Assembly: GCF_964213995.1 (NCBI RefSeq) | Contig: NC_135812.1 | Span: 84,940,001-85,004,000, forward strand | From: Mustelus asterias | Taxonomy: Eukaryota | Direction of reading: 5' to 3' | DNA: 64,000 bases | Shown here: one piece after another, positions 11,215 to 24,304 of the stretch | Layout of the letters: every line of letters begins with the position of its first letter | Position numbering within the stretch: position 1 is the first letter of the stretch | Notes under the pieces: model-generated | Database searches by the model: none | What the model saw: only the letters and a program-made list of their open reading frames with translations | Told to the model about the DNA's origin: nothing | Translations under genes and position numbers: made by a program

Positions 11215-14200
11215 CTTAGCTTACATCACTCAAACAAACAGTATCTGTTCAAGGTATTTGGCCCAGTAAACAGGATATTGAAACTCACAAGAAAACAAAG
11301 AACAATGGGAAATGTCTTTTTCATTAAATTTACCCATATTTCAAGAAAACACACTCTTTTCATTTTTCTTGCATTTATCCTTTTTTTTCAGGCCCCTACA
11401 TACACAACATTTTTATATTAAGCGCAGGGATACCAGATAGCATATCATCCAATTTATCAGCTTGCTTCTTACATAGCACTTGATTCTGAGTCAGATGATT
11501 GTGGGTCTAAGAACCATTCTTTGGGCGGGATTTTTCCACCCTGCAGCGTTGATCGAGTAGCGTAGCGGGGTGGGAAATATGAGCGATTTCTCACCTCTCC
11601 TGATATTGCCAGCCCCATTCTACCGATCAGGAGGCTGGTGTTTAGGGGGCCCACAATCAGGAGGCCGGCGATCAGGGAGCCTGCGATCGCACTGTTTGAT
11701 AAAGATCAGAGAATTCCCCCAATATCCACTCTAACATTGGTCTCTTGAACAAAAATGAACTAGTTACTCAGCATTTCTACCGGTCTTCACATCTTCGGTA
11801 CATCAGCTGAATCCCCTTGTACATTGTGGAAGTCTGGTCACATCAGATGTCCATTGTTTTGTGGGATGTTCTGCTCGGCTTGTATGGGACAGTACTTCTG
11901 TCAAACCTTACAAGGCAAACAACAGACCGAAACTGGAGCACCATCTCCTAGACCCCAGTTGGAGCCCAGCGCTGTAGTGGTGGTACGCCCAAAACAATTG
12001 GACATACTGGTCTCTACAAGATTACATATGAGCCTCACCAGCGGGGTCCTGAGCTAATAAGCAGATCAGTTCCATGGGCAGGGACCTTTTGGTGGAAGAT
12101 GGGAGAGATGGTGGGAGAGCCTGTCCAACTATTCCCCTAACAGAAAGCGTTCAAGCTCACTCCGAGAGTGAGGGGAGGCAGTGGCGTAGTGGTATTGTCG
12201 ATGTATTAGTAATCCAGAGACCCAGTGTAATGCTCAGGGGTCCTGGGTTAGAATTCCACCGTGGCAGATGGTGAAATTTAAATTCAAATCAAATCTGGAA
12301 TTAAAAGCCTAATGATGACCATGAAACCATTGTTGATTGTTGTAAAAATCCATCTGGTTCACTAACGCCCTTTAGGGAAGGAAATCTGCCACCCTTACCT
12401 GATCTGGCCTACATGTGACTCCAGATCTACAGCAATGTGGTTGAGTCTTAAATACCCTCAGGGATAGGCAATAAGTGCTGGTCCAGCCAGCGATGCCCAC
12501 ATCCCATAAACATGTAAAAGAAAAGTGGATTTATCAGAAATAAAGGACTTGGATTTCTCCAACGCCATTTACTATCTGGAGGGACCTTTGGATGGGAGAT
12601 GTTGTAACATGTTGGGTCCTATTCAGTTGGTCTTAATGAAGTGTTCATGGTCTTAGATTAACTGCATGTATTTCTTAACTATGAAAACTATGTACATATA
12701 TACAGTAAAGTGTTCAAACTAGGAGCTGTTTCCATGCTTGCTTGTGCACTCAGCTCTGTCCAACACCAGACTGACCTCTAGGTTTGGGTCATCTGTTCTC
12801 TGACATCCAGAACGTCCCTGGCTCTGTGTTGCTTAACTAACTGTGCCACAGTTTGCTTTTTCCACTCAAAGTGGACCTAGCTGCAGACGGAGTTCTGACT
12901 GCCTCACAATTTGGATAGCTTTCTCCAGGGTTAGGTCTTTCTTTGCTTTTGCAGCATGTCTCAGAATGCTGCTCCTACAACTATTCTATCCCCGAAAAGT
13001 TCAGCTTTTCACAGCTTCGGCCATCCTGTGCAGATTATTAATGAACAAATTGCAGATTCTCCTGGCTGCTGGACACCTTTATTAAATGTAGCCCTTGCGA
13101 GGAATTTGTTATTTCTTAGGTCAAAATCAGCATTGAATGATCTTAGTACTTCCCCAGATTTAGCAGATGATTTTCTGATTCTCTGCCCAGCAACAATGCC
13201 ATCCGTTATTGGGTCCATCAAATAAAGCAGTGTGTTATCTTGTTCAGCTTCTGCCTTTCCATCCAGACCTGAAGCAATCATGTATCTAAGGAATTGTTTT
13301 CTCCAAATTCCCCAATTATGTGATTGATCCGGCCCTGGGATATGACCAAATTGATCTGCTAGAATGGATTTCTGATCCATGGTTAAAAAATATTAAAGTG
13401 CAGATTCGGCTTTAAGAAGTTGTTGAAATTCAAGATGGCGCCGCTGTTTGGTTTACCCATGCTTGCTGGCTTTGGTAGGCTCCTGCTGCAATGGTACTCG
13501 TGCTCAGCTGCAGACTTCCTCACTTCCCCTCAAGGTCACAGAAGCATCGATATCTCTCTCTTGCTGGTCTTTAAAGCTGATTCTTTAGTTGTAACTGTTC
13601 CAAATAATTTTTTTTTCCTTCTTGGAGTGAGCTTGAACTTTTCCCATTCCGTCCACCATGGGAATCGTAGCAGGCGGGGGAGGGGCGGACCATGAAAAGG
13701 TCCATTGACCTCAGGTGGGATTTTCTGGTTTCGGGGCGAGGGCGGCCAGAAACTCCCAACCCATGCGTTCAGGTGCCAACAGAGGGAACAGGTTTCTGGT
13801 TTTTAAATGGCAATTTTGAACCATTGAGTGACTTAACAGTTTCTCAGTACTTGCTGTTTCCTAGGGTGGGATTTTTTGCACCCCCCCCCCCCCCCCACAC
13901 CCCACCCCACACCCCACCTCCCCCCGTGCATGACTTGTAGCAGTGGGGGCAGCTTGCCATTTGCTGGTGGTGGGATCTTCCATTCTGGCGCTGTCAACAG
14001 GTTTTCCCATTGTTTGCACCTTCTAGCGCTGGGCACTGTCGGAGGGACAGGAAGGTCCCATCAACGAGAACAGCTGCAAAACTTTGGCCCTAAAAATTTT
14101 AGCTCACTGCTGCTAGGTCTACTGACTCCGCACTCTGGGAATTGAAGCTGGACTTCCAAGAAATCCTATGGAGTTTTCTGCTGCAGTAAGGAATTTTAAA

Positions 14201-14558
14201 TTCCTGCTGTTTTCCGGCTTTTAATTTAAACACTTGTATGCATTCCAGTTTAATGAAACAAACACGAACAGTAATTCAACTATTCCTTTATTTAATATTT
14301 CTGGTACCAACTCAAATATAAACAGTTGCAACTCATTAACTCTCAACTGAACTTTAACTCTTGACTGCACGTTAACTTTAACTGAACATCAACTTCACTT
14401 ATTTAACTGAAAATAGATACTACCAAGTTTAGGAAAAACCCTGGCCAAGAAATATCCTCGATGTAGAATCTATTTTCTTCTCTGAGGGAAATTCCTTCAG
14501 GGCACATGTCTTGCAATGGTTAGTCTCTTTCGAGTTGTCGCTGGCAAACAAAGGCTGG

Positions 14559-14675
14559 GTAAGAAGTCTCACAACACCAGGTTAAAGTCCAACAGGTTTA
14601 TTTGGCAGCACGAGCTTTCGGAGCCTCAAGCTCCGTCTTCAGGTGAGTGAGGAATCGTGTTCACAAACAGGCTGC
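14559..14675 (-). mobile_element. Penelope pseudo-LTR fragment
   Basis: gtaagaagtctcacaacaccaggttaaagtccaacagg... family sequence. Confidence 0.7.
14609..14645 (-). ncRNA. Minimal type I hammerhead ribozyme motif
   Basis: Reverse complement CAC-CTGAAGA-C-GGAGC(ttgag)GCTCC-GAAA-GC-TC-GTG. Confidence 0.7.
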
Positions 14676-15479
14676 ACATGTCTTTTATCCACAAATCCTC
14701 CACTTGCTTCCAGAAGATTCTCTGTCATCCAGCCAGCTGTGTAACCAGAAACCGGTCACATGGCTCAAAAATCCAATGAAATTACTTGCAAACGACGCCA
14801 TTACACTTAGTTCATTTGATATGTTCCACACATAACAGTAATAAATCGAAGCCACAATCTCTAATGTAAATGTAAACAACTTCCCTTATTTGGTCAACAC
14901 AGGAAGCTTCAGATCACAGCCTACTATTAATTTGGTCAACAATTATAAGTTGACCAAAGATCCCAGCATGTTTAACTCACAGCCCAAATAGCCATTTTAA
15001 AGCCACTATTGCCATTATTGTTGTTAAATCATTCTTGTAGCCGATCTTTCTCCGTCCACCTTGCCTTCCGCTTCTAGGCCTTTCTTTGGACCTTTTCCCT
15101 CGTGATTTTCTTCTGCACATCTACTTCTTGAGCTTTTCTTCAGATCAAAATGTTTTTTTGAATATTTCTTTAGTCTTTCAGAATTTTCTGCATTTTTGCG
15201 AGGTTTTGCATTTTTCCATTCGCTGCTGCCATTTGTATGTTATTGGATACTGTTTGGTAGGTCTTAACGACATCTTCATAGTCTTAAGTAGGTTAAATGT
15301 AAGTATTTATTAACTACAAGCACTAATTACATATACACAGTAAAGGGTTTACGCTAGGAACTTTCTCCATCCTTGCTTGTACACACAGCTCTGTCCAATA
15401 CTAGACTGACTCTTAGGTTTGGGTTATGTGTTCTCTTACATCACTGTGTGGGTCGTATTGGACTCATATAACCCTATAT

Positions 15480-16290
15480 GAGAGATATGGGGAGAGTTAC
15501 AGAACAAAGAGATCTGGCTATGGCATGTGCCCTGGGTTGGGAGGAACCTCACTTGGAGCCAGGGAGGATTGGAGAGTCGACGTGTATTCAGCTATGTTCA
15601 TAGCTCCTTGAAAGTGGAATCACACGTGGACAGAGTGGTGAAGAAGGCATTCAGCATGCTTGGTTTCATCGGTCGGAACATTGAATACAGGAGTTGGGAC
15701 GTCTTGTTGAAGTTGTACAAGACATTGGTAAGGCCACACTTGGAATACTGTGTACAGTTCTGGTCACCCTATTATAGAAAGGATATTATTAAACTAGAAA
15801 GAGTGCAGAAGAGGTTTACTAGGATGCTACCGGGACTTGATGGTTTGAGTTATAAAGAGAGGCTGGGTAGACTGAGACTTTTTTCTCTGGAGCGTAGAAG
15901 GCTGAGGGGTGATCTTATAGAGGTCTATAAAATAATGAGGGGCACAGATCAGCTAGATAGTCAATATCTTTTCCCAAAGATAGGAGAGTCTAAAACTAGA
16001 GGGCATAGGTTTAAGGTGAGAAGGGAGAGATACAAAAGTGTCTAGAGGGTCAATTTTTTCACACAAAGTGTGGTGAGTGTCTGGAACAAGCTGCCAGAGG
16101 TAGTAGTAGAGGCAGGTACAATTTTGTCTTTTAAAAAGCATTTAGACAGTTACATGGGTAAGATGGGTATAGAGGGGCATGGGCCAAATGCAGGCAATTG
16201 GGATTAGCTTAGGGGTTTAAAAAATAAGGGCGGAATGGACAAATTGGGCCGAAGGGCCTGTTTCCATGCTGTAAACCTCTATGACTCTAT
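15480..16290 (+). mobile_element. CR1/HER1-like LINE 3' fragment
   Basis: ORF 15527-16045 RT C-terminus; tail ctctatgactcta. Confidence 0.9.
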
Positions 16291-16468
16291 ATGTGCCAGA
16301 CCCTTATACTACAGGAGGAAGTGCTTGGATTTCTGCTTTCCTTGATATATATTAATGACTTAGGTTTGGTGTACAGGACACAACTTCAAAATTTGCAGAT
16401 GGCACATAATTTAGAAATATTTTGAACTGTGAGGAAGAAAGTGACAGATTTCAAGAGGACATGGACAG

Positions 16469-16737
16469 TGCGGTAGCGTGGCCCCTTTAAGGTGGCAATC
16501 CCTGAGGGCCGCGTGATCGGACTGGACTCTATGGAGAGGCAGTGCAGGAAGCCAAGCCAATCAGATGCAGAGGCATGTGCTCTGGGTTGGGAGGAACCTC
16601 ACTTGGAATCAGGGAGGATTGGAGAGTCGACGTGTATTCAGTCCTGTCAAGACCCTTGTTTGAATGTATCAATTTATTGTTGGTAATAAACCAGTTATAA
16701 CTTTAAGCCAATACAAGTAGCCTTCAAGATCATTACA
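16469..16737 (+). mobile_element. Solo LTR, family B
   Basis: TG...CA ends; 5-bp TSD GACAG; CCAAT and AATAAA inside; splits the CR1 codons QEDMDR|LVEW. Confidence 0.8.
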
Positions 16738-16934
16738 GACAGACTGGTTGAATGGACGGACAGGTAGCAGTTGAAATTTATGCAGACAAATGTGGAGAAT
16801 GAGGAGAGCCAACATAAAATAAAGGGTGCAATTCTAAATGGGGCAAAGGAATAGAAGGACCTGGGGGCATTTGTGCACAAATCATTGAAGGTGGCAGGGC
16901 AGGTTGAGGAAGTGGTTAGAACTTGATAAATAAC

Positions 16935-17152
16935 ACAGTAAGAAGTCTCACAACACCAGGTTAAAGTCCAACAGGTTTATTTGGAATCACGAGCTTTCAG
17001 AGCGCTGCGCCTTCCTCAAGTGAGTGAGTTCCTCAGGTGAGAGGAGTAGCGCTCAGAAAGCTTGTGATTCCAAATAAACCTGTTGGACTTTAACCTGGTG
17101 TGTTAGACTTCTTACTGTCCCCCCACCCTAATCCAACACCGGCATCTCCACA
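16935..17152. mobile_element. Head-to-head Penelope pseudo-LTR palindrome nested in an old CR1
   Basis: About 65-bp inverted arms ending gagctttc / gaaagctt. Confidence 0.75.
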
Positions 17153-18870
17153 ACATTTATAAATAGAGGCACAGAGTACAAAAGCAAGGCAGTAATGATG
17201 AACCTTCAACTTCCACTGGGGCACTGTGTCCAATGCTAGGCACCACACTTTGGCTGGGATGTGAAGGCTTTAGGGAAACAAGTTAAGAGAACAGTTCCAG
17301 GAATGAGTGACATCAGTTACATGAGAAAAATTGGAGAAGCCAGGTATTATCCTTAAAGAGAAGGTTCAGTAGAGAATTTGGTAGAAGTATTCAAAGTCAT
17401 GAGAGATCATGAGAGAGAGTTGATAGAGAGAAACTGTCCCCATTGGTAGTGGGGTTGGGAACCAGAGGACACAGAATTACAGTGATTGGCAAAAGAACCA
17501 ACACCGATATGAGGACATGAGGTTCCTCCCAACACAGCAGCCAGAATTTTCCAGTCCCCTTCCCCAAACCCAACCATTGAAATCTCCGTTCACACCAGCA
17601 GGACCAGAAGATCCCGCTGGAAAACTCCAGCCAGCGCTTGGTTAGAATCTAGAATGCACTACCTGAGAGTGTGGTGGAGGCACATTCAATCCTGGGTTTC
17701 AATGGGGAACTGGATAAGCACCTGGAGGGAAAAGCTTTGCAGGGCTTTGGGGGAAGGTTTGGTCTCACTAAGTTGTTCTTGCAGTGAGCCAGCATAGACA
17801 CAATGGACTGAATAGCTTTCTTCTGTGCTGTAACCATTCTCTGATTCCACACTGGCTGGTACCCCCAGTAAAATGGACCTCATCAAGGGTCCATGTGGAC
17901 TAAAGTAATGGTGTGCAGGATTAGCATGCAGAGCGGATTAGAGCAGTGGCATGGTCGGGTGGTCAGTTATGAGCATATTGGAATCTAGACAATGATTATC
18001 AAGGGGGGCTGACTGACTTAGTTCCCACTGACTTAGGGCAGATGGGCAACATAGAGGCTCCCAATTTTCTTGCCCCAAACAAAGGAAGTGCCCACATATC
18101 AACCTCCAGCACTGTCCATTGGCTACTATCCCAGTGCAACTGCTGGAGTGGCTACCCATGGAAATGCATGGCCAATGTCAAAAGAATCTCACAGAGGGAA
18201 AAAAGAATGTACGCCAAGCCTTTGTTGGGTCAATGATAGTTCTGAGGAAGCTAGGGAAAGTTGAGAATGAAGCATCAAGAGAGGGTTTTGAGGAGGATGG
18301 ATCCAGTGAATAAGGCCAATGTAGCTGAGAGCCCTATCAGGGAGGGTAAGGAGGGTAGAGCTGGAAAGTGGATAAAAAGAAACAATTTGCATTGATATAC
18401 TGCCTTTCTTGTCCTCAGTATATCCCAAAGTAATTTATCATGAATGGATTACTTTTCACATGCAGTCATTCTTGTTACGTAGACAAACATTGTAGCAAAT
18501 GTGTGCACAGAAAGGTACCACAAACATCAAAGGGATGTGACTAAATCATCAAAAGTTTGAAGCCAAATGGTTCAGGACAGGACAAGGCCTGGGAGAGATT
18601 TCTATATGAAGACAAAAATTTAAAATCAATTCATTGAGGAGTAGAGTAGGAGGCAATTGGGAGGGATTGGAAACTAGTTGAGCATGTGAAGCTGGGAGAT
18701 TATGAGACATTTGTGGACATTAGAGAGGAAAGATAGATTAGATACGAGTGATAGTTGAAGAGTATAGACAAGTTAAAGGTAGATTTGTCAACAAGGTGAG
18801 ATGATGGCTATTCTGAAAAGGAAAGAAATAGTGTAAGAGGAAAGGGCCATGCTGGTAGCACCCACATCCT

Positions 18871-18947
18871 AGCCGGAAGGTCGCACCCACATCCTAGCCT
18901 TGACTTTACAGGAGTCAAGGCTAGGATGTGGGTGCGACCTTCCGGCT
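18871..18947. repeat. Perfect 35-bp inverted repeat with 7-nt loop
   Basis: agccggaaggtcgcacccacatcctagccttgact-ttacagg-reverse complement. Confidence 0.95.
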
Positions 18948-19507
18948 CTTCACACCGGCAGGATCTTCTGGTCCCACCGATGGTGCACCCCCACCACATG
19001 TTCCCCGCAGTGTGGGGTGGAATCAATGGGAAATCCATTGCTAACAGCAGGAACCGAAGATCCCACCACCTGCCAACGGCATGCCACTTCCTGCTGCCAA
19101 GAAACACTGGGAGGCCCATTGTTTTTTCCTGTGGAATTTTCACTTATGTAGTGCTGGGTTGGAAATAAGTGTGTGTTCTGGGGAAGGAGATCAGTGGAAT
19201 TTGTCACATCTGTTTGTTTCAAAACAGATAATTATGTGAGCATCGAGTCCATCATCCACAATGTGTTGCCATTTGTTCTGGCAAATTACTTCTTTGTGCT
19301 GTTTTGTGGTGTGTCTGCATAGTTGGGGAAGGAGATCAAAGGGCTCAGTGTAAATTTTCCCAAACGGCTGTTTCTAAAATAAGCTTCCTAGAATTTTTAT
19401 TGAAAGAGAAATGTTACTTTGTTTCGGGAAAGACGAGTGTGAGACATCTTTCAATGCGTTAGCATGCAATACGGTTAGTAGCCTGATTTAGATGCAACTG
19501 AATTTTT

Positions 19508-19770
19508 ATAGAATCATAGAATGCTACAGTGCAGAAGGAGGCCATTCGGCCCATTGAGTCTGCTCTGACCACAATCCCACCCAGGCCCTATCCCCATAAC
19601 CCCATGCATTTACCCTAGCTAGTTCCCGTGACACTAAGGGGCAATTTAGCATGGCCAATCCACCTAACCCGCATATCTTTGGACTGTGGGAGGAAACGGA
19701 GCAGCCGGAGGAAATCCATGCAGACACAGGGAGAACATGCAAACTCCACACAGACAGTGACCCAAGCCAG
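19508..19770 (-). mobile_element. HE1-like V-SINE, 5'-truncated
   Basis: Core and tail on the minus strand. Confidence 0.8.
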
Positions 19771-20254
19771 GATAGCCAGGATATGAAATAGCAAAGCACA
19801 TAGCCCCAATTTTAACATCCCAAGCCTGTGGAAGATGGGATTCAAATAGAGGCAGAGCACTTGCCTTCCTGTCCAGGCTGCAGTGCCAGCCTCTATTTTA
19901 ACTCGCATGTTTTGAGAGGTGAATGAAGACCTCGCTCCCGGCTGGTAAGGGTCGTGTGCAAGTCAGCTGCCAGGGTTAAATGATGTCATGCAAATCATGA
20001 GAGGAATTGAACCCTTAATTTAATTTTTATGGTGTCTTAGTGGACCAGAAGGTGCAGAAATGCTCTTGTCTACACATGTCCCACATACAGGCCTTGAGCC
20101 TCCACTGACTCCACTGCCCAGAGCTTCTCTACTCTCCCCTGGCCAGGATTGACTCGTGATGCAGGGCATCCAGCCCACTAACCAATCTGTTGGGGGTTAA
20201 TCCCTCGACTCAACAGCAACAGAACCCAATGGCTAAAATCCCCATCCCGCCCAT

Positions 20255-21040
20255 TGAACAGTGACCACAACACCACATAACCCTGCCACAGCAACCTCTG
20301 CAAGACGTGCCGGATCATCGACATGGATGCCATCATCTCACATGAGAACACCATCCACCAGGTACACGGTACATACTCTTGCGACTCGGCCAACGTTGTC
20401 AACTTGATATGCTGCAGGCAAGGATGTCCCGAGGCATGGTACATTGGGGAGACCATGCAGATGCTACGACAACGAATGAATGAACACCGCTCGACAATCA
20501 CCAGGTAGGAGTGTTCCCTTCCAGTCGGGGAATACTTCAGCAGTCAAGGGCATTCAGCCTCTGATCTTCGGGTAAGCGTTCTCCAAGGCGGCCTTCACGA
20601 TACACGACAACGCAGAATCGCTGAGCAGAAACTGATAGCCAAGTTCTGCACACATGAGGACAGCCTCAACTGTGATCTTGGGTTCATGTCACACTATCTG
20701 TAACCCCCACGACTTGCCTGGGCTTGCAAAATCTCACTAACTGTCCTGGCTGGAGACAATACACACCTCTTTAACCTGTGCTTGGCCCTCTCTCCACTCA
20801 CATTGTCTGTACCTTTAAGACTTGATTACCTGTAAAGACTCGCATTCCAGCCATTATCTTGTAAATTGAGTTTGTGTCTTTATATGCCCTGTTTGTGAAC
20901 ACAAGTCCTCACTCACCTGATGAAGGAGCTTGAGAATCCGAAAGCTAGTGCTGCCAAATAAACCTGTTGGACTTTAACCTGGTGTTGTGAGACTTTTTAC
21001 TGTGCCTACCCCAGTCCAACGCCGACACCTCCACATCACT
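20255..21040 (+). mobile_element. Penelope-like element, 5'-truncated (GIY-YIG fragment and pseudo-LTR)
   Basis: Same family as 53238-54488 (NVVNLICC..WYIGET..RMNEHR), with premature stops. Confidence 0.85.
20914..20950 (+). ncRNA. Minimal hammerhead motif with weakened stem II
   Basis: CAC-CTGATGA-AGGAGCTTGAGAATCC-GAAA-GC-TA-GTG. Confidence 0.55.
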
Positions 21041-21117
21041 CTAACCAGCTGCAGTGCATGGCTTGGACTCAAAAAGTAAAAAGCAATAGTTAGTTGAGGA
21101 CATTGCATAATGTCTCT

Positions 21118-21215
21118 GTTAAACGTTAATCGGATCCACTTATTACTAAAGTGCACACATGACGTTTCCAAAATGTCTATTATCGGATGGCCGGATAGGG
21201 GGTGGGACTATAAAA
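21118..21215 (+). promoter_or_regulatory. FABP1-like proximal promoter: HNF1-like palindrome and TATA box
   Basis: GTTAAACGTTAAT (21118-21130) resembles the HNF1 consensus GTTAATNATTAAC. TATAAAA at 21209-21215 lies about 70 nt upstream of the ATG. Confidence 0.6.
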
Positions 21216-21279
21216 CAAAGTAGAAAGGCTACAGGTTCACATCCATCACATCTGCGACATGACGCAAGGATCTTCCAAT

Positions 21280-21347
21280 ATGTCCTTTTCTCGAAAATAT
21301 GACCTTGAGAGTCAGGGGAATTTTGAGCCATTTATGAAAGCAAATTG
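21280..21347 (+). pseudogene. FABP1: FABP1-like exon 1 (MSFSRKYDLESQGNFEPFMKA...)
   Basis: Similar to [22 protein letters not shown]; donor G|GTGAGT at 21348. One extra A (GCAAATTG) makes it 68 nt, phase 2 instead of phase 1. Confidence 0.85.
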
Positions 21348-22004
21348 GTGAGTATAACCCATTGGCCCTGGGGCAAGTAGAACTTCAACACAAAAAAAAA
21401 CTTGCTGTTCTTAATCAAAATCACCCTTTGACAGATTACTGCTTATTGCTATCGATCCAGAAACCCACAAGAAAGGAAATTATTATTAAGGCCATGTCAT
21501 CCCTGAGCACCATTATCTGAAATAACCTGTGCACCTTGGAGTTTACAAAACTTTTTAATTTGTTAACAATTTAAATAGACCTGTTCCTTATCTGTCTGTA
21601 AGTATTAACTACAAATTTTGCCTTCTTAGATATCAATGCTTATAATCTGAAACTTCTGTTATTTGTGAATTGGAAACCAGGCTGGATTGGATAAAAATCC
21701 AACTTGCATTCATGAAATGAGGAGAAGGAACTTTGTGGAAATATTGGCAGAAGAAGCATTTTAAAACCAATGCTCACATAACAAATATTGCTTGATTTCC
21801 TCCAGGTATTAAATTAATCGTTATCTTGTCCTTTTTGAAATTGCAGCTTCTTTACTTCAGAATAGCCACATGTGACAATATTAATTACTTTCTCTGACTC
21901 ATTTACACACCATATTGTTATAGGGACTGGGACTGAAAATGATGCCAACTTAAACCGCAGCTGCTTTTTTAAAAAAACCGGCTCCAACTTTCACCTTCTG
22001 AGGT

Positions 22005-22252
22005 GAATTCACCAAGCGTTGGATTGTCCACCCACTAATAGGGAATGTGAGCTGGGTTTAGACCGTCGTGAGACACGTTAGTTTTACCCCATTGATGATT
22101 ACAAAGTGTTGTTGCAATAGTAATCCTGCTCAGTACGAGAGGGACCGCAGGTTCGGACATTTGGTGTATGTGCTTGGCTGAGGAGCCAATGGTGCGAAGC
22201 TACCATCTGTGGGATTATGACTGAACGCCTCTAAATTAGAATCCCACCTAAA
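22005..22252 (+). pseudogene. 28S rRNA 3'-domain fragment including the sarcin-ricin loop, in FABP1-like intron 1
   Basis: GAATTCACCAAGCGTTGGATTG...GAGCTGGGTTTAGACCGTCGTGAGAC...CTCAGTACGAGAGG...GGATTATGACTGAACGCCTCTAA; flanked by TTCTGAGG at 21996-22003 and 22253-22260. Confidence 0.92.
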
Positions 22253-22401
22253 TTCTGAGGAATTATGAATCTTTTCAGTTCTTGGAGAAGATTTATTCTT
22301 TACATCACAGGTCCTTTCCAATATTTGCATCAATGCTAAATACTTCCACCTGCAAATTTTAAAGTGAAAGCCATAACTAGCACTGGCAGCGAAAATACAC
22401 T

Positions 22402-22527
22402 AGGGGCGGAATTTTCCTGTCCCGCCCGCCACGGGAATAGTAGCGGGCAGGACATGGACCGTGCAAAGGTCCGTTGATCTCGGGCAGGATTTTCGGATTT
22501 GGGGCAGACAGGACTGGAAAATCCCAC
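22402..22527. mobile_element. ~125-bp MITE with GGGCRGRATTTTCC-type terminal inverted repeats (Harbinger-like)
   Basis: Related copies at about 5615, 13630, 31780, 49625, 58022 (split by a SINE), 59455 and 63808. Confidence 0.65.
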
Positions 22528-22589
22528 TCAAGATGTTTGGCCTGTGGACAATGTACCATATTAAAGGAGGTTTTACCAAAGGACAGGAG

Positions 22590-23660
22590 TAGAACATAGA
22601 ACATAGAACATTACAGCGCAGTACAGGCCCTTCGGCCCTTGATGTTGCGCCGACCAGTGGTACCAATCTAAAGCCCCTCTAATCTACACTATTCCAATAT
22701 CATCCATATGTTGATCCAATAACCACTTGAACGCTCTCAACGTTGACGAGTCCACCACTGCTGCAGGCAGGGCATTCCACACCCTTACTACTCTCTGAGT
22801 AAAGAACCTACCTCTAACATCTGTCCTATATCTCTCACCCCTCAATTTAAAGCTATGTCCCCTCATGCTAGCCAACACCATCCGAGGAAAAAGGCTCTCA
22901 CTATCCACCCTATCTAATCCTCTGATCATCTTGTATGCCTCTACTAAATCACCTCTTAACCTTCTTCTCTCTAACGAAAACAACCTCAAGTCCCTCAGCC
23001 CTTCCTCATACGATTTTCCCACCATACCAGGCAACATCCTGGTAAATCTCCTCTGCACCCTTTCCAACACTCCCACATCTTTCCTATAATACGGCGACCA
23101 GAACTGTACGCAATACTCCAAATGCGGCCGCACCAGAGTTTTGTACAGTTGCAGCATGACCTCCTGGCTCCGAAACTCAATCCCTCTACCAATAAAAGCT
23201 AACACACCGTACGCCTTCTTAACAACCCTATCAACCTGGGTGCCAACTTTCAGGGATCTATGCACATGGACACCCAGATCCCTCTGTTCATCCACACTAC
23301 CAAGTATCTTACCATTAGCCCAGTACTCTGTATTCCTGTTACTCCTTCCAAAGTGAATCACCTCACATTTTTCCGCATTAAACTCCATTTGCCACCTCTC
23401 AGCCCAGCTCTGCAGCTTATCTATGTCCCTCTGTAACCTGCCACTTCCCTCCGCACTGTCTACAACTCCACCGACTTTAGTGTCATCCGCAAATTTACTA
23501 ATCCATCCTTCCACGCCCTCATCCAAAACAAAGTGGCCAAAACAGATCCTTGCGGTACACCACTAGTAACTGAACTCCAGGATGAATATTTCCCATCAAC
23601 CACCACCCTTTGTTTTCTTACAGCGAGCCAATTCCTGATCCAAACCACTAAATCACCTCA
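22590..23660 (-). mobile_element. CR1 LINE 3' fragment with long open RT ORF
   Basis: ORF 22684-23526 KFADDTKVGG...; GVPQGSVL upstream; (tatgttc)n tail. Confidence 0.92.
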
Positions 23661-24304
23661 CCTGTGTAGGCCTCACACAGCCCCTTCAGCCTGTGCCCCA
23701 TTAAATTAGATCATGGCCGATCTGCATCTTAACTCCAATTTTCCTCCTTTGATTCACTTACCTTAATGCCCTTAGATAAAGAAACTTGATCACTCTCAGA
23801 TGTGAAATGTTTAGCTGATCTAGTCTCAACTGCATTTTGGAGCCTAAAATAGTCGGAAACTTGGAAGAACAATAGTATAATAGGGCAGGACCATCCGGCC
23901 AAAACATCATAGACATCAGCAGGACCAGAAGATCCCGCCAGCAGCCAATGGCGAGCTACCACTGCCGGCAGGAAATACACCGCGGGGGGTCAGAAAAATC
24001 CCGCCACATGTTCATTCTAGAATCGTGTATACAATTTTTGCAGTAGATAAACATTTTCAAAATAGGTTCCTGGCAGGGCAGTAATTTATACCAGAAATTT
24101 GATGTTACTTGCGATCAATCATTAGAAAAGAACTGGCATCCTCCTTCAGTGCAAGTCACAGTTTGTTTTTGATTATCGCTGAATTTGATGGGATTTAACT
24201 AAATAAAGACAAAATACAATAATATGTGGATTATATTGTTAGGATACACAGGGGAAAGGCTTTGTTTAATTAATTACTTTGAGCACCTATAAATGGGAGA
24301 CATC

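Larger units (their letters stand above)
12600..15480 (-). mobile_element. Decayed Gypsy-like LTR retrotransposon: two related LTR segments and a gag remnant, pol absent
   Basis: 12600-12806 is similar to 15236-15445. Gag-like WGIWRKQFLRYMIASGL..EQDNTLLYLM..RATFNKGVQQPGES..LTLEKAIQIVRQSE at 12850-13380. PBS-like TGGCAGCAGCG near 15230. Confidence 0.65.
16310..17850 (+). mobile_element. Old degraded CR1 LINE with nested LTR, Penelope element and MITE
   Basis: Remnants of YINDL/KFADD/GHR codons and the CR1 3' tail. Confidence 0.65.

Noticed and set aside
22005-22252. Real rDNA unit
   Set aside because: Isolated 250-nt fragment with substitutions and no flanking rDNA.
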